Source of the DNA: Eledone cirrhosa
Lineage: Eukaryota
Length of the DNA stretch: 64,000 nt
Direction of reading: 5' to 3'
Assembly: GCA_964016885.1 (NCBI GenBank)
Contig: OZ024760.1
Span: 8,432,001-8,496,000 of the forward strand
In this document: piece by piece, positions 27,701 through 40,770 of the stretch
How the letters are laid out: the number at the start of each line of letters is the position of its first letter
How positions within the stretch are numbered: the first letter of the stretch is position 1
Notes under the pieces: model-generated
The model's input: the letters and a program-made list of their open reading frames with translations, nothing else
What the model was told of the DNA's origin: nothing
The model's database searches: none
Position numbers and translations under genes: made by a program

Positions 27701-30700
27701 GGAGCAACGTGAAATAAAGTGTCTTGCTCAAGGACAGTGGACTGGAGCAACGTGAAATAAAGTGTCTTGCTCAAGGACAGTGGACTGGAGCAACGTGAAA
27801 TAAAGTGTCTTGCTCAAGGACAGTGGACTGGAGCAACGTGAAATAAAGTGTCTTGCTCAAGGACAGTGGACTGGAGCAGCGTGAAATAAAGTGTCTTGCT
27901 CAAGGACAGTGGACTGGAGCAGCGTGAAATAAAGTGTCTTGCTCAAGGACAGTGGACTGGAGCAGCGTGAAATAAAGTGTCTTGCTCAAGGACAGTGGAC
28001 TGGAGCAGCGTGAAATAAAGTGTCTTGCTCAAGGACAGTGGACTGGAGCAACGTGAAATAAAGTGTCTTGCTCAAGGACAGTGGACTGGAGCAACGTTAA
28101 ATAAAATGTCTTGCTCAAGGACAGTGGACTGGAGCAACGTGAAATAAAGTGTCTTGCTCAAGGACAGTGGACTGGAGCAACGTGAAATAAAGTGTCTTGC
28201 TCAAGGACAGTGGACTGGAGCAACGTGAAATAAAGTGTCTTGCTCAAGGACAGTGGACTGGAGCAGCGTGAAATAAAGTGTCTTGCTCAAGGACAGTGGA
28301 CTGGAGCAACGTGAAATAAAGTGTCTTGCTCAAGGACAGTGGACTGGAGCAACGTGAAATAAAGTGTCTTGCTCAAGGACAGTGGACTGGAGCAACGTGA
28401 AATAAAGTGTCTTGCTCAAGGACAGTGGACTGGAGCAACGTGAAATAAAGTGTCTTGCTCAAGGACAGTGGACTGGAGCAGCGTGAAATAAAGTGTCTTG
28501 CTCAAGGACAGTGGACTGGAGCAGCGTGAAATAAAGTGTCTTGCTCAAGGACAGTGGACTGGAGCAGCGTGAAATAAAGTGTCTTGCTCAAGGACAGTGG
28601 ACTGGAGCAACGTGAAATAAAGTGTCTTGCTCAAGGACAGTGGACTGGAGCAACGTGAAATAAAGTGTCTTGCTCAAGGACAGTGGACTGGAGCAACGTG
28701 AAATAAAGTGTCTTGCTCAAGGACAGTGGACTGGAGCAGCGTGAAATAAAGTGTCTTGCTCAAGGACAGTGGACTGGAGCAGCGTGAAATAAAGTGTCTT
28801 GCTCAAGGACAGTGGACTGGAGCAACGTGAAATAAAGTGTCTTGCTCAAGGACAGTGGACTGGAGCAGCGTGAAATAAAGTGTCTTGCTCAAGGACAGTG
28901 GACTGGAGCAGCGTGAAATAAAGTGTCTTGCTCAAGGACAGTGGACTGGAGCAGCGTGAAATAAAGTGTCTTGCTCAAGGACAGTGGACTGGAGCAACGT
29001 GAAATAAAGTGTCTTGCTCAAGGACAGTGGACTGGAGCAACGTGAAATAAAGTGTCTTGCTCAAGGACAGTGGACTGGAGCAACGTGAAATAAAGTGTCT
29101 TGCTCAAGGACAGTGGACTGGAGCAGCGTGAAATAAAGTGTCTTGCTCAAGGACAGTGGACTGGAGCAACGTGAAATAAAGTGTCTTGCTCAAGGACAGT
29201 GGACTGGAGCAACGTGAAATAAAGTGTCTTGCTCAAGGACAGTGGACTGGAGCAACGTGAAATAAAGTGTCTTGCTCAAGGACAGTGGACTGGAGCAACG
29301 TGAAATAAAGTGTCTTGCTCAAGGACAGTGGACTGGAGCAACGTGAAATAAAGTGTCTTGCTCAAGGACAGTGGACTGGAGCAACGTGAAATAAAGTGTC
29401 TTGCTCAAGGACAGTGGACTGGAGCAACGTGAAATAAAGTGTCTTGCTCAAGGACAGTGGACTGGAGCAACGTGAAATAAAGTGTCTTGCTCAAGGACAG
29501 TGGACTGGAGCAACGTTAAATAAAGTGTCTTGTTCAAGGACAGTGGACTGGAGCAACGTGAAATAAAGTGTCTTGCTCAAGGACAGTGGACTGGAGCAGC
29601 GTGAAATAAAGTGTTTTGCTCAAGGACAGTGGACTGGAGCAACGTGAAATAAAGTGTCTTGCTCAAGGACAGTGGACTGGAGCAACGTGAAATAAAGTGT
29701 CTTGCTCAAGGACAGTGGACTGGAGCAACGTTAAATAAAGTGTCTTGTTCAAGGACAGTGGACTGGAGCAACGTGAAATAAAGTGTCTTGCTCAAGGACA
29801 GTGGACTGGAGCAACGTGAAATAAAGTGTCTTGCTCAAGGACAGTGGACTGGAGCAACGTGAAATAAAGTGTCTTGCTCAAGGACAGTGGACTGGAGCAA
29901 CGTGAAATAAAGTGTCTTGCTCAAGGACAGTGGACTGGAGCAACGTGAAATAAAGTGTCTTGTTCAAGGACAGTGGACTGGAGCAACGTGAAATAAAGTG
30001 TCTTGCTCAAGGACAGTGGACTGGAGCAACGTGAAATAAAGTGTCTTGCTCAAGGACAGTGGACTGGAGCAACGTTAAATAAAGTGTCTTGTTCAAGGAC
30101 AGTGGACTGGAGCAACGTGAAATAAAGTGTCTTGCTCAAGGACAGTGGACTGGAGCAACGTGAAATAAAGTGTCTTGCTCAAGGACAGTGGACTGGAGCA
30201 ACGTGAAATAAAGTGTCTTGCTCAAGGACAGTGGACTGGAGCAACGTGAAATAAAGTGTCTTGTTCAAGGACAGTGGACTGGAGCAACGTGAAATAAAGT
30301 GTCTTGCTCAAGGACAGTGGACTGGAGCAACGTGAAATAAAGTGTCTTGCTCAAGGACAGTGGACTGGAGCAACGTGAAATAAAGTGTCTTGCTCAAGGA
30401 CAGTGGACTGGAGCAACGTGAAATAAAGTGTCTTGCTCAAGGACAGTGGACTGGAGCAACGTTAAATAAAGTGTCTTGTTCAAGGACAGTGGACTGGAGC
30501 AACGTGAAATAAAGTGTCTTGCTCAAGGACAGTGGACTGGAGCAGCGTGAAATAAAGTGTTTTGCTCAAGGACAGTGGACTGGAGCAACGTGAAATAAAG
30601 TGTCTTGCTCAAGGACAGTGGACTGGAGCAGCGTGAAATAAAGTGTTTTGCTCAAGGACAGTGGACTGGAGCAACGTGAAATAAAGTGTCTTGCTCAAGG

Positions 30701-30837
30701 ACAGTGGACTGGAGCAGCGTGAAATAAAGTGTCTTGCTCAAGGACACAACGCATTTCCCTGTCCTGGAATCAAACTAATGATTTTGCTATTGTAGTCCTA
30801 ACCACACAGTAACCTCCAAGCCATGTATGTGCCTTCA
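21780..30837 (-). mobile_element. tRNA-derived SINE whose central segment is tandemly amplified
   Basis: SINE head at 30750-30837 and downstream SINE sequence at 21780-21806 flank the array, in the same order as the SINE at 6670-6812. Confidence 0.75.
21807..30746. repeat. Satellite, 43-bp unit gactggagcaacgtgaaataaagtgtcttgctcaaggacagtg, ~208 copies
   Basis: Period of 43 measured (21850 to 21893); few substitution variants. Confidence 0.98.
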
Positions 30838-31081
30838 TGGCTACATTTATTGTCAGGTGAATAAACGTGAATGATCTGCTTACTTAATTAAACGTGGAAG
30901 CTGTGTGTCTGGCAAACGATGACATACAACAAGCATGTCACCACCACCACTCCTACAACATCCACCAACATCTCACATTATGAGGCCCAAATGCTGAAAG
31001 TTCCACAACTCCGATATTCCTAAGAATTTATGTCACTTTCTAACCGTCAAACTGAAAACCTGAGGGTTAGCTATTCATCAC

Positions 31082-31395
31082 CAGGGTTGGATTTAGACCT
31101 GGGGTGGGGAGGGGGGGGCATTTCAGGTTCAGAGGGACCCTCATACACAAAACATTAGAATACACAGCAAACCACCCCAATTTTACATATCAAAGTTAGT
31201 TTGGTGCAAGTAATTCGAATTGAAAAGTTATACATACAGGTATGAAATTCAAAAATTCTAACCATCCTAAAACTAAAAAGCCTAGCTGAGGGCACAAATA
31301 AATTGCTACGATCGTCGCTGGTGAGGCACCCCACTGCAGCAGGCCCGAGGCAATTTCCCCCTTTGTCCCTCATTAAGTCCTTAAATTCAGCCCTG
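31082..31395. mobile_element. hAT-type MITE
   Basis: TIRs cagggttggattta / taaattcagccctg; 8-bp TSD ttcatcac / ctcatcac. Confidence 0.75.
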
Positions 31396-31650
31396 CTCAT
31401 CACTTCTGGAGCAGGTATGGTTGATCCACCCTAGCAGAAGAGTAACAAGGAAAAATAGCACCTATGGCAAACATTGAAATTGTGCCCCTGCCCATGTAGC
31501 AAGCTATATAGTAGTTGTTAGACAATGAGATTGATAGCGCGGTTTAAATAAATGAGGGTTTAGGGTATTAAATTGCATTTTCATTTGTTCTACAGGTATC
31601 CTTTATACTTAAGTATAAGTAAAGTATTGGCAATAGTGTTAGAGTATTTA

Positions 31651-31940
31651 AAGGGAGTGATCTGTGTAATACTGATCTTTGACAAATATTAAAAGGAGTG
31701 ATCTGTGTAATACTGATTTGTGACAAATATTAAAGGGGGCGATCTGTGTAATACTGATCTGTGACAAATATTAAAGGGGGTGATCTGTGTAATACTGATC
31801 TTTGACAAATATTAAAGGGAGTGATCTGTGTAATACTGATCTGTGACAAATATTAAAGGGAGTGATCTGTGTAATACTGATTTGTGACAAATATTAAAGG
31901 GAGTGATCTGACTAATACTGATCTTTGACAAATATTAAAA
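31651..31940. repeat. Tandem repeat, 41-bp unit, 7 copies
   Basis: tctgtgtaatactgat.. at 31661, 31702, 31743, 31784 etc. Confidence 0.93.
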
Positions 31941-32149
31941 CCCTATTAAAATATTTGACAAGTCATACTATGAGGTATGCCTATGTGATCATGTAGTTCC
32001 CAGCACTGTATTTTTACCCATGGGCCTAATAATCTATATAAATGGTTTAATGATCCAACCACCATAGTGTTTCTCAGCCATGATAATAAAAGACAGATCA
32101 TACATCTGTAGAAGTTTCTTTTTTCACTCTCAGACGATAGCTTATCTGT

Positions 32150-33062
32150 CTTTAATAGAAAGTGCTTTAATAGAAGGTACTTCAGTAGAAGGTACTTTAG
32201 TAGAAGGTACTTTAGTAGGAGGTACTTCAGTAGAAGGTACTTTAGTAGAAGGTACTTTAGTAGGAGGTACTTCAGTAGAAGGTACTTTAGTAGAAGGTAG
32301 TTCAGTAGAAGGTAGTTCAGTAGAAGGTACTTTAGTAGGAGGTACTTCAGTAGAAGGTACTTTAGTAGGAGGTACTTCAGTAGAAGGTACTTTAGTAGAA
32401 GGTACTTTAGTAGAAGGTACTTTAGTAGGAGGTACTTCAGTAGAAGGTACTTCAGTAGAAAGTACTTCAGTAGGAGGTACTTCAGTAGGAGGTACTTCAG
32501 TACAAGGTACTTCAGTTGAAGGTACTTCAGTTCAGTAGAAGGTACTTCAGTAGAAAGTACTTTAGTAGAAGATACTTTAGTAGGAGGTACTTCAGTAGAC
32601 GGTACTTTAGTAGGAGGTACTTCAGTAGAAGGTACTTCAGTAGAAAGTACTTCAGTATGAGGTACTTCAGTTGAAGGTACTTCAGTAGAAGGTACTTTAG
32701 TAGGAGGTACTTCAGTAGGAGGTACTTCAGTAGAAGGTACTTCAGTAGAAAGTACTTCACTAGGAGGTACTTCAGTAGGAGGTACTTCAGTACAAGATAC
32801 TTCAGTTGAAGGTACTTCAGTTCAGTAGAAAGTACTTTAGTAGAAGGTACTTTAGTAGGAGGTACTTCAGTAGAAGGTACTTCAGTAGGAGGTACTTCAG
32901 TAGGAGGTACTTCAGTACAAGGTACTTCAGTTGAAGGTACTTCAGTACAAGGTACTTCAGTAGAAGGTACTTCAGTAGAAGGTACTTTAGTAGAAGGTAC
33001 TTTAGTAGAAGGTACTTCAGTAGGAGGTACTTCAGTACAAGGTACTTCAGTAGAAGGTACTT
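32150..33062. repeat. 15-bp minisatellite (ggtacttcagtagaa)
   Basis: About 60 variant units. Confidence 0.95.
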
Positions 33063-33283
33063 CCCCTATAAAGACATACACACACACACCCAATACACCC
33101 TCACACAAACATGCACACATCCACACACACTCCCAATACACACGCTCACACACACATATATTGAATGTGTGTTAGCTAAAATTAAACTGTTTCGACCGCA
33201 TAAACACACATACATCCACATACCGACATACCTAATACACACTCACACAAACATACCCCCCGCCACACACACACACACACCCA

Positions 33284-33332
<49 letters not shown>

Positions 33333-33839
33333 ACACACACACACACACAATACACACTCACACACACACTCAATTCACACTCACACATACATCCACACAC
33401 ACACACCCAATACACACTCTCACACACACCTACACACACACACCACTCACACATACATCCACACTCTCACACACACACACACACCCAATACACACTCTCA
33501 CACACACCTACACATACAATACACACTCTCTTACACACCCACATCCAATACACATTCTCCCACACACCTACACACACACACACACACACATACACACACA
33601 TACACACACATATTGAATGTATGTAAGCTAAAATTAAACTGTTTCAATGCAGGTTTTTGACAATGTAAAATAGCCGAACAATGTAAGACAAGGAAACATA
33701 TTACTAAGTGGAATACACTCTCCATATAACCTCAACAGTGAAGGATCTCCGTCGGTTTCAACTATAAGAATTCAACTGTTCGATAAACTTAACATCCGCC
33801 TCGTGAATTAGTTAACATAGTGCATAGCTCGGAGATCAG

Positions 33840-36800
33840 AGTCACTCCATGTAGAGCCCCTACTTCTCCAAATTGAGAGATCACAGCTCAGATACTATGG
33901 GCATGTAGTTAGAATGTCTCAGGAAAGAATCACTGGAGAGTCACTCCAGGTAGAGCCACTACTTCTCCAAATTAAGAGATCACAGCTCAGATACTATGGA
34001 CATGTAGTTAGAATGTCTCAGGAAAGAATCACTGGAGAGTCACTCCAGGTAGAGCCACTACTTCTCCAAATTAAGAGATCACAGCTCAGATACTATGGAC
34101 ATGTAGTTAGAATGTCTCAGGAAAGAATCACTGGAGAGTCACTCCAGGTAGAGCCACTACTTCTCCAAATTGAGAGATCACAGCTCAGATACTATGGACA
34201 TGTAGTTAGAATGTCTCAGGAAAGAATCACTGGAGAGTCACTCCAGGTAGAGCCACTACTTCTCCAAATTGAGAGATCACAGCTCAGATACTATGGACAT
34301 GTAGTTAGAATGTCTCAGGAAAGAATCACTGGAGAGTCACTCCAGGTAGAGCTGCTACTTCTCCAAATTGAGAGATCACAGCTCAGATACTATGGACATG
34401 TAGTTAGAATGTCTCAGGAAAGAATCACTGGAGAGTCACTCCAGGTAGAGCTGCTACTTCTCCAAATTGAGAGATCACAGCTCAGATACTATGGACATGT
34501 GGTTAGAATGTCTCAGGAACGAATCACTGGAGAGTCACTCCAGGTAGAGCCACTACTTCTCCAAATTAAGAGATCACAGCTCAGATACTATGGACATGTA
34601 GTTAGAATGTCTCAGGAAAGAATCACTGGAGAGTCACTCCAGGTAGAGCTGCTACTTCTCCAAATTGAGAGATCACAGCTCAGATACTATGGGCATGTAG
34701 TTAGAATGTCTCAGGAAAGAATCACTGGAGAGTCACTCCATGTAGAGCCACTACTTCTCCAAATTAAGAGATCACAGCTCAGATACTATGGACATGTAGT
34801 TAGAATGTCTCAGGAAAGAATCACTGGAGAGTCACTCCAGGTAGAGCCACTACTTCTCCAAATTGAGAGATCACAGCTCAGATATTATGGGCATGTAGTT
34901 AGAATGTCTCAGGAAAGAATCACTGGAGAGTCACTCCATGTAGAGCCACTACTTCTCCAAATTAAGAGATCACAGCTCAGATACTATGGACATGTAGTTA
35001 GAATGTCTCAGGAAAGAATCACTGGAGAGTCACTCCAGGTAGAGCCACTACTTCTCCAAATTGAGAGATCACAGCTCAGATACTATGGACATGTGGTTAG
35101 AATGTCTCAGGAAAGAATCACTGGAGAGTCACTCCATGTAGAGCCACTACTTCTCCAAATTGAGAGATCACAGCTCAGATACTATGGACATGTAGTTAGA
35201 ATGTCTCAGGAAAGAATCACTGGAGAGTCACTCCAGGTAGAGCTGATACTTCTCCAAATTGAGAGAAAACAGCTCAGATACTATGGACATGTAGTTAGAA
35301 TATCTCAGGAAAGAATCACTGGAGAGTCACTCCATGTAGAGCTGCTACTTCTCCAAATTGAGAGATCATAGTTCAGATACTATGGACATGTAGTTAGAAT
35401 GTCTCAGGAAAGAATCACTGGAGAGTCACTCCAGGTAGAGCCACTACTTCTCCAAATTGAGAGTTCACAGCTCAGATACTATGGACATGTAGTTAGAATA
35501 TCTCAGGAACGAATCACTGGAGAGTCACTCCAGGTAGAGCCACTACTTCTCCAAATTGAGAGATCACAGCTCAGATACTATGGACATGTGGTTAGAATGT
35601 CTCAGGAAAGAATCACTGGAGAGTCACTCCAGGTAGAGCTGCTACTTCTCCAAATTGAGAGATCACAGCTCAGATACTATGGACATGTAGTTAGAATGTC
35701 TCAGGAAAGAATCACTGGAGAGTCACTCCAGGTAGAGCTGCTACTTCTCTAAATTGAGAGATCACAGCTTCGATACTATGGACATGTGGTTAGAATGTCT
35801 CAGGAAAGAATCACTGGAGAGTCACTCCATGTAGAGCCACTACTTCTCCAAATTAAGAGATCACAGCTCAGATACTATGGACATGTAGTTAGAATGTCTC
35901 AGGAAAGAATCACTGGAGAGTCACTCCAGGTAGAGCCACTACTTCTCCAAATTGAGAGATCACAGCTCAGATACTATGGGCATGTAGTTAGAATGTCTCA
36001 GGAAAGAATCACTGGAGAGTCACTCCATGTAGAGCCACTACTTCTCCAAATTAAGAGATCACAGCTCAGATACTATGGACATGTAGTTAGAATGTCTCAG
36101 GAAAGAATCACTGGAGAGTCACTCCAGGTAGAGCCACTACTTCTCCAAATTGAGAGATCACAGCTCAGATACTATGGACATGTGGTTAGAATGTCTCAGG
36201 AAAGAATCACTGGAGAGTCACTCCATGTAGAGCCACTACTTCTCCAAATTGAGAGATCACAGCTCAGATACTATGGACATGTAGTTAGAATGTCTCAGGA
36301 AAGAATCACTGGAGAGTCACTCCAGGTAGAGCTGATACTTCTCCAAATTGAGAGAAAACAGCTCAGATACTATGGACATGTAGTTAGAATATCTCAGGAA
36401 AGAATCACTGGAGAGTCACTCCATGTAGAGCTGCTACTTCTCCAAATTGAGAGATCATAGTTCAGATACTATGGACATGTAGTTAGAATGTCTCAGGAAC
36501 GAATCACTGGAGAGTCACTCCAGGTAGAGCCACTACTTCTCCAAATTGAGAGTTCACAGCTCAGATACTATGGACATGTAGTTAGACTATCTCAGGAACG
36601 AATCACTGGAGAGTCACTCCAGGTAGAGCCACTACTTCTCCAAATTGAGAGATCACAGCTCAGATACTATGGACATGTAGTTAGAATGTCTCAGGAAAGA
36701 ATCACTGGAGAGTCACTCCAGGTAGAGCTGCTACTTCTCCAAATTGAGAGATCACAGCTCAGATACTATGGACATGTGGTTAGAATATCTCAGGAAAGAA

Positions 36801-36898
36801 TCACTGGAGAGTCACTCCAGGTAGAGCTGCTACTTCTCCAAATTGAGAGAAAACAGCTCAGATACTATGGACATGTGGTTAGAATGTCTCAGGAAAGA
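33840..36898 (+). repeat. 99-bp tandem array (~31 copies) derived from an RTE LINE ORF segment
   Basis: Unit encodes ESLQVEPLLLQIERSQLRYYGHVVRMSQERITG (RTE 'QLRxxGHVxRM' motif). Confidence 0.93.
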
Positions 36899-37124
36899 AA
36901 CGTTGGACAGATTTTACGGGCGAAACCACCAGGAGTAGACCCATCCCCGAACAAGATGGTTGGATAACATCCTTGAGCTTGGCTGGTCGTGTTTGGGAAT
37001 CCAGCTGGATCAGTTGGAGACGGGACCCGTTTGAGGGAGTGTTTGAAGACTCTGCTCTCCACGACCCTCACAAGAAGAAGAAGAAGAAGAAGAAGAAGAA
37101 GAAGAAGAAGAAGAAGAAGAAGAA
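36899..37124 (+). mobile_element. RTE LINE 3' end with (AAG)n tail, continuing from the 99-bp array
   Basis: QILRAKPPG..RTRWLDNI; tail region also seen inverted at 49140-49230. Confidence 0.75.
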
Positions 37125-37191
37125 ATTGAGTATTTTACAGACACGTGTCACCTATAACGTAATTCCCGAGTAACTTGTAAACTACAGGTAA

Positions 37192-37458
37192 CATGGCCGG
37201 ATTTAATGGTGGGGGGGGGAGGGGTCAATTGCTCTGAGCCCCCTGCTGTGGGGGTCCCACTAGCGAGAGCCGTAGCAATTTATTTGCGTCATCAGCTGGG
37301 CTTTTTAGTTTTAGGATGGTTAGATGTTTTACATTTAATACCTGTATGTATAACTTATCCCTATTACTTGCGCCAAGCTGACAGCCATATGTAAATTTGA
37401 GGAGCCCCCTTCCCCTCCTGAAGTGCCCCTCCCCACTCCCCGAATAAATCCAACCCTG
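37192..37458. mobile_element. Probable hAT-type MITE
   Basis: catggccggattta / taaatccaaccctg ends similar to 31082-31395; no clear TSD. Confidence 0.45.
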
Positions 37459-37669
37459 CAAATCACACCTGTTATTTTAAGCCGTATCTTTTGGATAACA
37501 GATAACTAAACAATCGTATTTTTAGAACTGTCGAGCGAATTATGAATTTTGACCGACAAATTTGTCAGCTTTCATAAAGCAGGTGTGAGTTCAAGTCCCA
37601 CAGGCGACGCTGTCCACTTTTTCCGTTTTGTGGGGCTGCCGAGAAGAGACTGACGGATGTTTGTTGACG

Positions 37670-37858
37670 CCTTACCGGAAGCGGAAGGACAAGTGAGGTC
37701 ACATGAGGGTTCAGGGCCTATTGTCTAGCTCAGGACGTGGTCGAGTGCGAACGTGTTGTGCTAAAATGTGAGAGAGAGGTTCTGTTATTCTCAGTCGGAT
37801 GTAGGTGACGTGGACAATGGACGACGCGGTTCGTAGAAATTGGAGACACAAGGTAGGT
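37670..37858 (+). promoter_or_regulatory. Possible promoter and first exon (tandem ETS-like CCGGAAGCGGAAG; ATG 37817 MDDAVRRNWRHK; donor AAG|GTAGGT)
   Basis: CpG-containing unique island, ETS motif and consensus donor; no homology recognised. Confidence 0.3.
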
Positions 37859-38708
37859 CCAACCGTTTCATATCACACGTTTCTAAGGGCCTATGTACAC
37901 AACTTTTTAGACTATTTTTCATAGTCAAAACCTGCGTTGAAACTGTCAACTTTAAGTTAAAATACGTTCAAAATTTATAATCCGTTCGTTAATATCTTGT
38001 TAATAACAGTGATTTCTAGCGATACAGATGAAGTGATTTTTAATTAAGAACGTACAGGGATTGAAAAGACTTTCCAAAATATTTCGTTTTAGTTCGGCAT
38101 TAGGGTACAAGCTACACATTAGTAGGGAATGGGAGGGATTATAATCGATAAAATCCAAACTCCCCATCCCTAAATATTACATCCTCACGCAATTTCATCT
38201 CAAGAACGTAAAGGACAGCGGTGTGCAGAGTTCTGGTGATGCCCGGGGCAAATCTTGATTGTATGCCCCCAAAGACTCGAGTATACGGCCCCAAAGACTC
38301 AAGTACAAGGCATAAAGCCCCCAAAACTAAAGTATAAGACCTATTGCCCCCAAAGACTCGTGTATCAGGCCTATTGCCCCCAAAGACTCATGTATAAGGC
38401 CTAATATACTGAGAAATATGAGAAAGGAAAACATTTTGAATATTTAAACACAGATGAAACGAAATAAACGCTTTATTCGATTTTAATATAAATCAATCAA
38501 ATTTATTAAGTTCTTTTCCCCAAAGGATGCCCAGGGCCAACACACCGTATAAATTAATAAGAAATACATTAGGTATAAGATTGGAAGCCACTGATTCGCA
38601 CCTGATATTTCCTTTCTCTCTCTCTCTCCCACCTCTCTTTCTTTCTCCCTCTCTCTCCCCTACCCTCTCTATCCCCTTTTATCCCTCCTCTCTCTTCCCC
38701 TCTCTACC

Positions 38709-38764
<56 letters not shown>

Positions 38765-39139
38765 CACACCTCTCCTCTCCTTCTCCCCCCCCCCTCATCT
38801 TTAAGTCAATTAAAACACACAAAACTGTTTGTTATCATATATTTCTTAAACCGTTTCCTTCATTAAAAGAGAAATTCTTATCTTAACTCCACTTTAAGAG
38901 TCACTAAACTCGTAACCCTGTTAAGTGAACTCCCCAACTCAGCTGATAAGACATTCCATTCCAATTGTCAGCCTACAAGAAACAGAATTATCAGTTATAT
39001 AGGAAGCTCTAGTTATAGAGGAAGACACTAGACTTGCTAGAAACAGCAGCTATAACTCCCCCAGTTCAACTGAAGTTAACACAACTGCACATCATTATCA
39101 CCATCTTCTTATTATTTGAAGATCTGGGCTGCCATGATC

Positions 39140-39320
39140 CACGGTACATCGTGCTCTTGAGCAAGATACTTTATTTCACGTTGCTCCTGTCCACTCAGCT
39201 GTAATTCAAAGGGCCAGCCTTGTTCCATGCTGTATCATATCATACTGAATCTCCTTGAGATGTTAAAAGATAAGCATGTCTGTGTTATGCTCGGCCACTT
39301 GCACGTGAGCAGGCTATTCC
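39140..39320 (+). mobile_element. SINE body fragment
   Basis: cttgagcaagatactttatttcacgttgctcctgtccactcagctg. Confidence 0.65.
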
Positions 39321-40329
39321 GGCGGTTCAGCATCGACGTGTGAGGATGTGTTTTCTTGCGGCTCTGCAAGAGTTAGTAACAACACACGCAACTACGTGTT
39401 GCTACCACCAAGAATTTTTTAAAAAAATGAGCCCAACGAGGGAAATTATATTAAAGTTATGGTGTTTCACATGGGACCTTATAGACATAACAGAGAGAAG
39501 TAAACAGTCCAAGTGATTCCCTTACCATCCTCCGGAGAAACGCCTTCTCCATTCTGTCCGTCGGGGCTGTGGGAAGGCCAGCACGTAGGACCCGACCCCA
39601 TTTGCTCACCATACAGAGAGATGGGGGAGGCGAGAGAGATGGAGGGGATAACAGTTTAACTTTATCATCATTTGGACTGTCATAAATGTATAGAATGTAC
39701 TTTAACTAATAAGAAGGTTAAAGAAAAAAAAAACTGAAATGAAACAGAAAGTTGAATGGAAAAGGTAGAAAAGAATCATTGAAATAATTATTCTACAAAG
39801 TGTTTGTTTTGTCTCATTTAGAAAGTATTTTCTATGCTGGCCAGCTAAAATCTTCCCTTGCTGAATTGTATCAAGTTCATTTGTTAATCGTACCTTTCCT
39901 GTAAAGAATTACTGATTTCAACAAGAACTTTTTGGCTAAAACCTCTAACAATAACAACTATGTTTGTTTCGAGCGGAGTGAAAACCTCTATGCGGTTACT
40001 TGACCTGTTGGAAATAGCAGCCAAATTTCTTTTAGGTCACATACCTTCTTGAATTAAGAAAGGACTCTATGGTCGGTTGCTTTAAGCCCCAGTTTAATGT
40101 CAATCCGGAACTCAACGGGGGGGGGGGGAGTTCCAAAATGAAATGAAATATATATCAGGATTGAGTGATCGACATTTTATTCGTAATCACGCATAACACG
40201 TGTTTCGTCACTGCACCATGCTTTGCAGCATAGAGTTACGTCCCTTTAAAGTATGAGTTCAAATCCCGCTGAGGTTAACTTTCTGTCGTTAAGCTAAACG
40301 CCCCCCCCCCCCCATCTGAAACCTAATTC

Positions 40330-40770
40330 TAATGTCGACTCCTCAGATGTTGTCAATTCACCACCAAAAAAAAAAAAAACCGCGCCCTCTGCCGCCGAAC
40401 CAGTCGAAACTTAAAAACGATCGCATGTCACTCCTGCCACCTAAACTACCACGGGAGCTGTGTTGGCACTACTGAGGTTCAGGCTGAAAGTTTCTCAAAC
40501 TGGACGTGTAACCAATGCCACTTCAGTTCCGATTCCCATTGCAGGTCTGAACGTAACTCTGACGTTCAGATCTCTGTTTGGGGACTTTGCCGCTGCCCTC
40601 TGGGACTTGTCTAAGTTGAAACTCATCAACAGGATCCCAAAGGGAGTACAGTCCAGTTTCGCCCATGCTCTCTCCAGGCTGCTGAAGAACGTCTGCTTAT
40701 CCAATGATATCTTGGATTGGCAGAAACTATTCTTGTTCCCTTTAGTCTCTCTACATGTGTCCAACGTGAT
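40330..40770 (+). mobile_element. Fragment of CRE-like non-LTR retrotransposon N-terminus with PHD finger
   Basis: xALC..IACHSCHLNYHGSC..WTCNQC (C4HC3, first Cys lost), then in another frame RIPKGVQSSFAHALSRLLKNVCLSNDILDWQKLFLFP. Confidence 0.55.

Noticed and set aside
21807-30746. CRISPR-like array
   Set aside because: Units are contiguous with no unique spacers, no cas genes, eukaryotic context; the unit is SINE-derived
32080-33153. Mucin-like TEVPS / VEGTS repeat protein
   Set aside because: 15-bp minisatellite with frame-breaking units; no splice or start support
39520-39650. Minus-strand exon ending in G|GTAAGG
   Set aside because: No recognisable product, and part of the segment recurs at 53608-53670, suggesting a repeat
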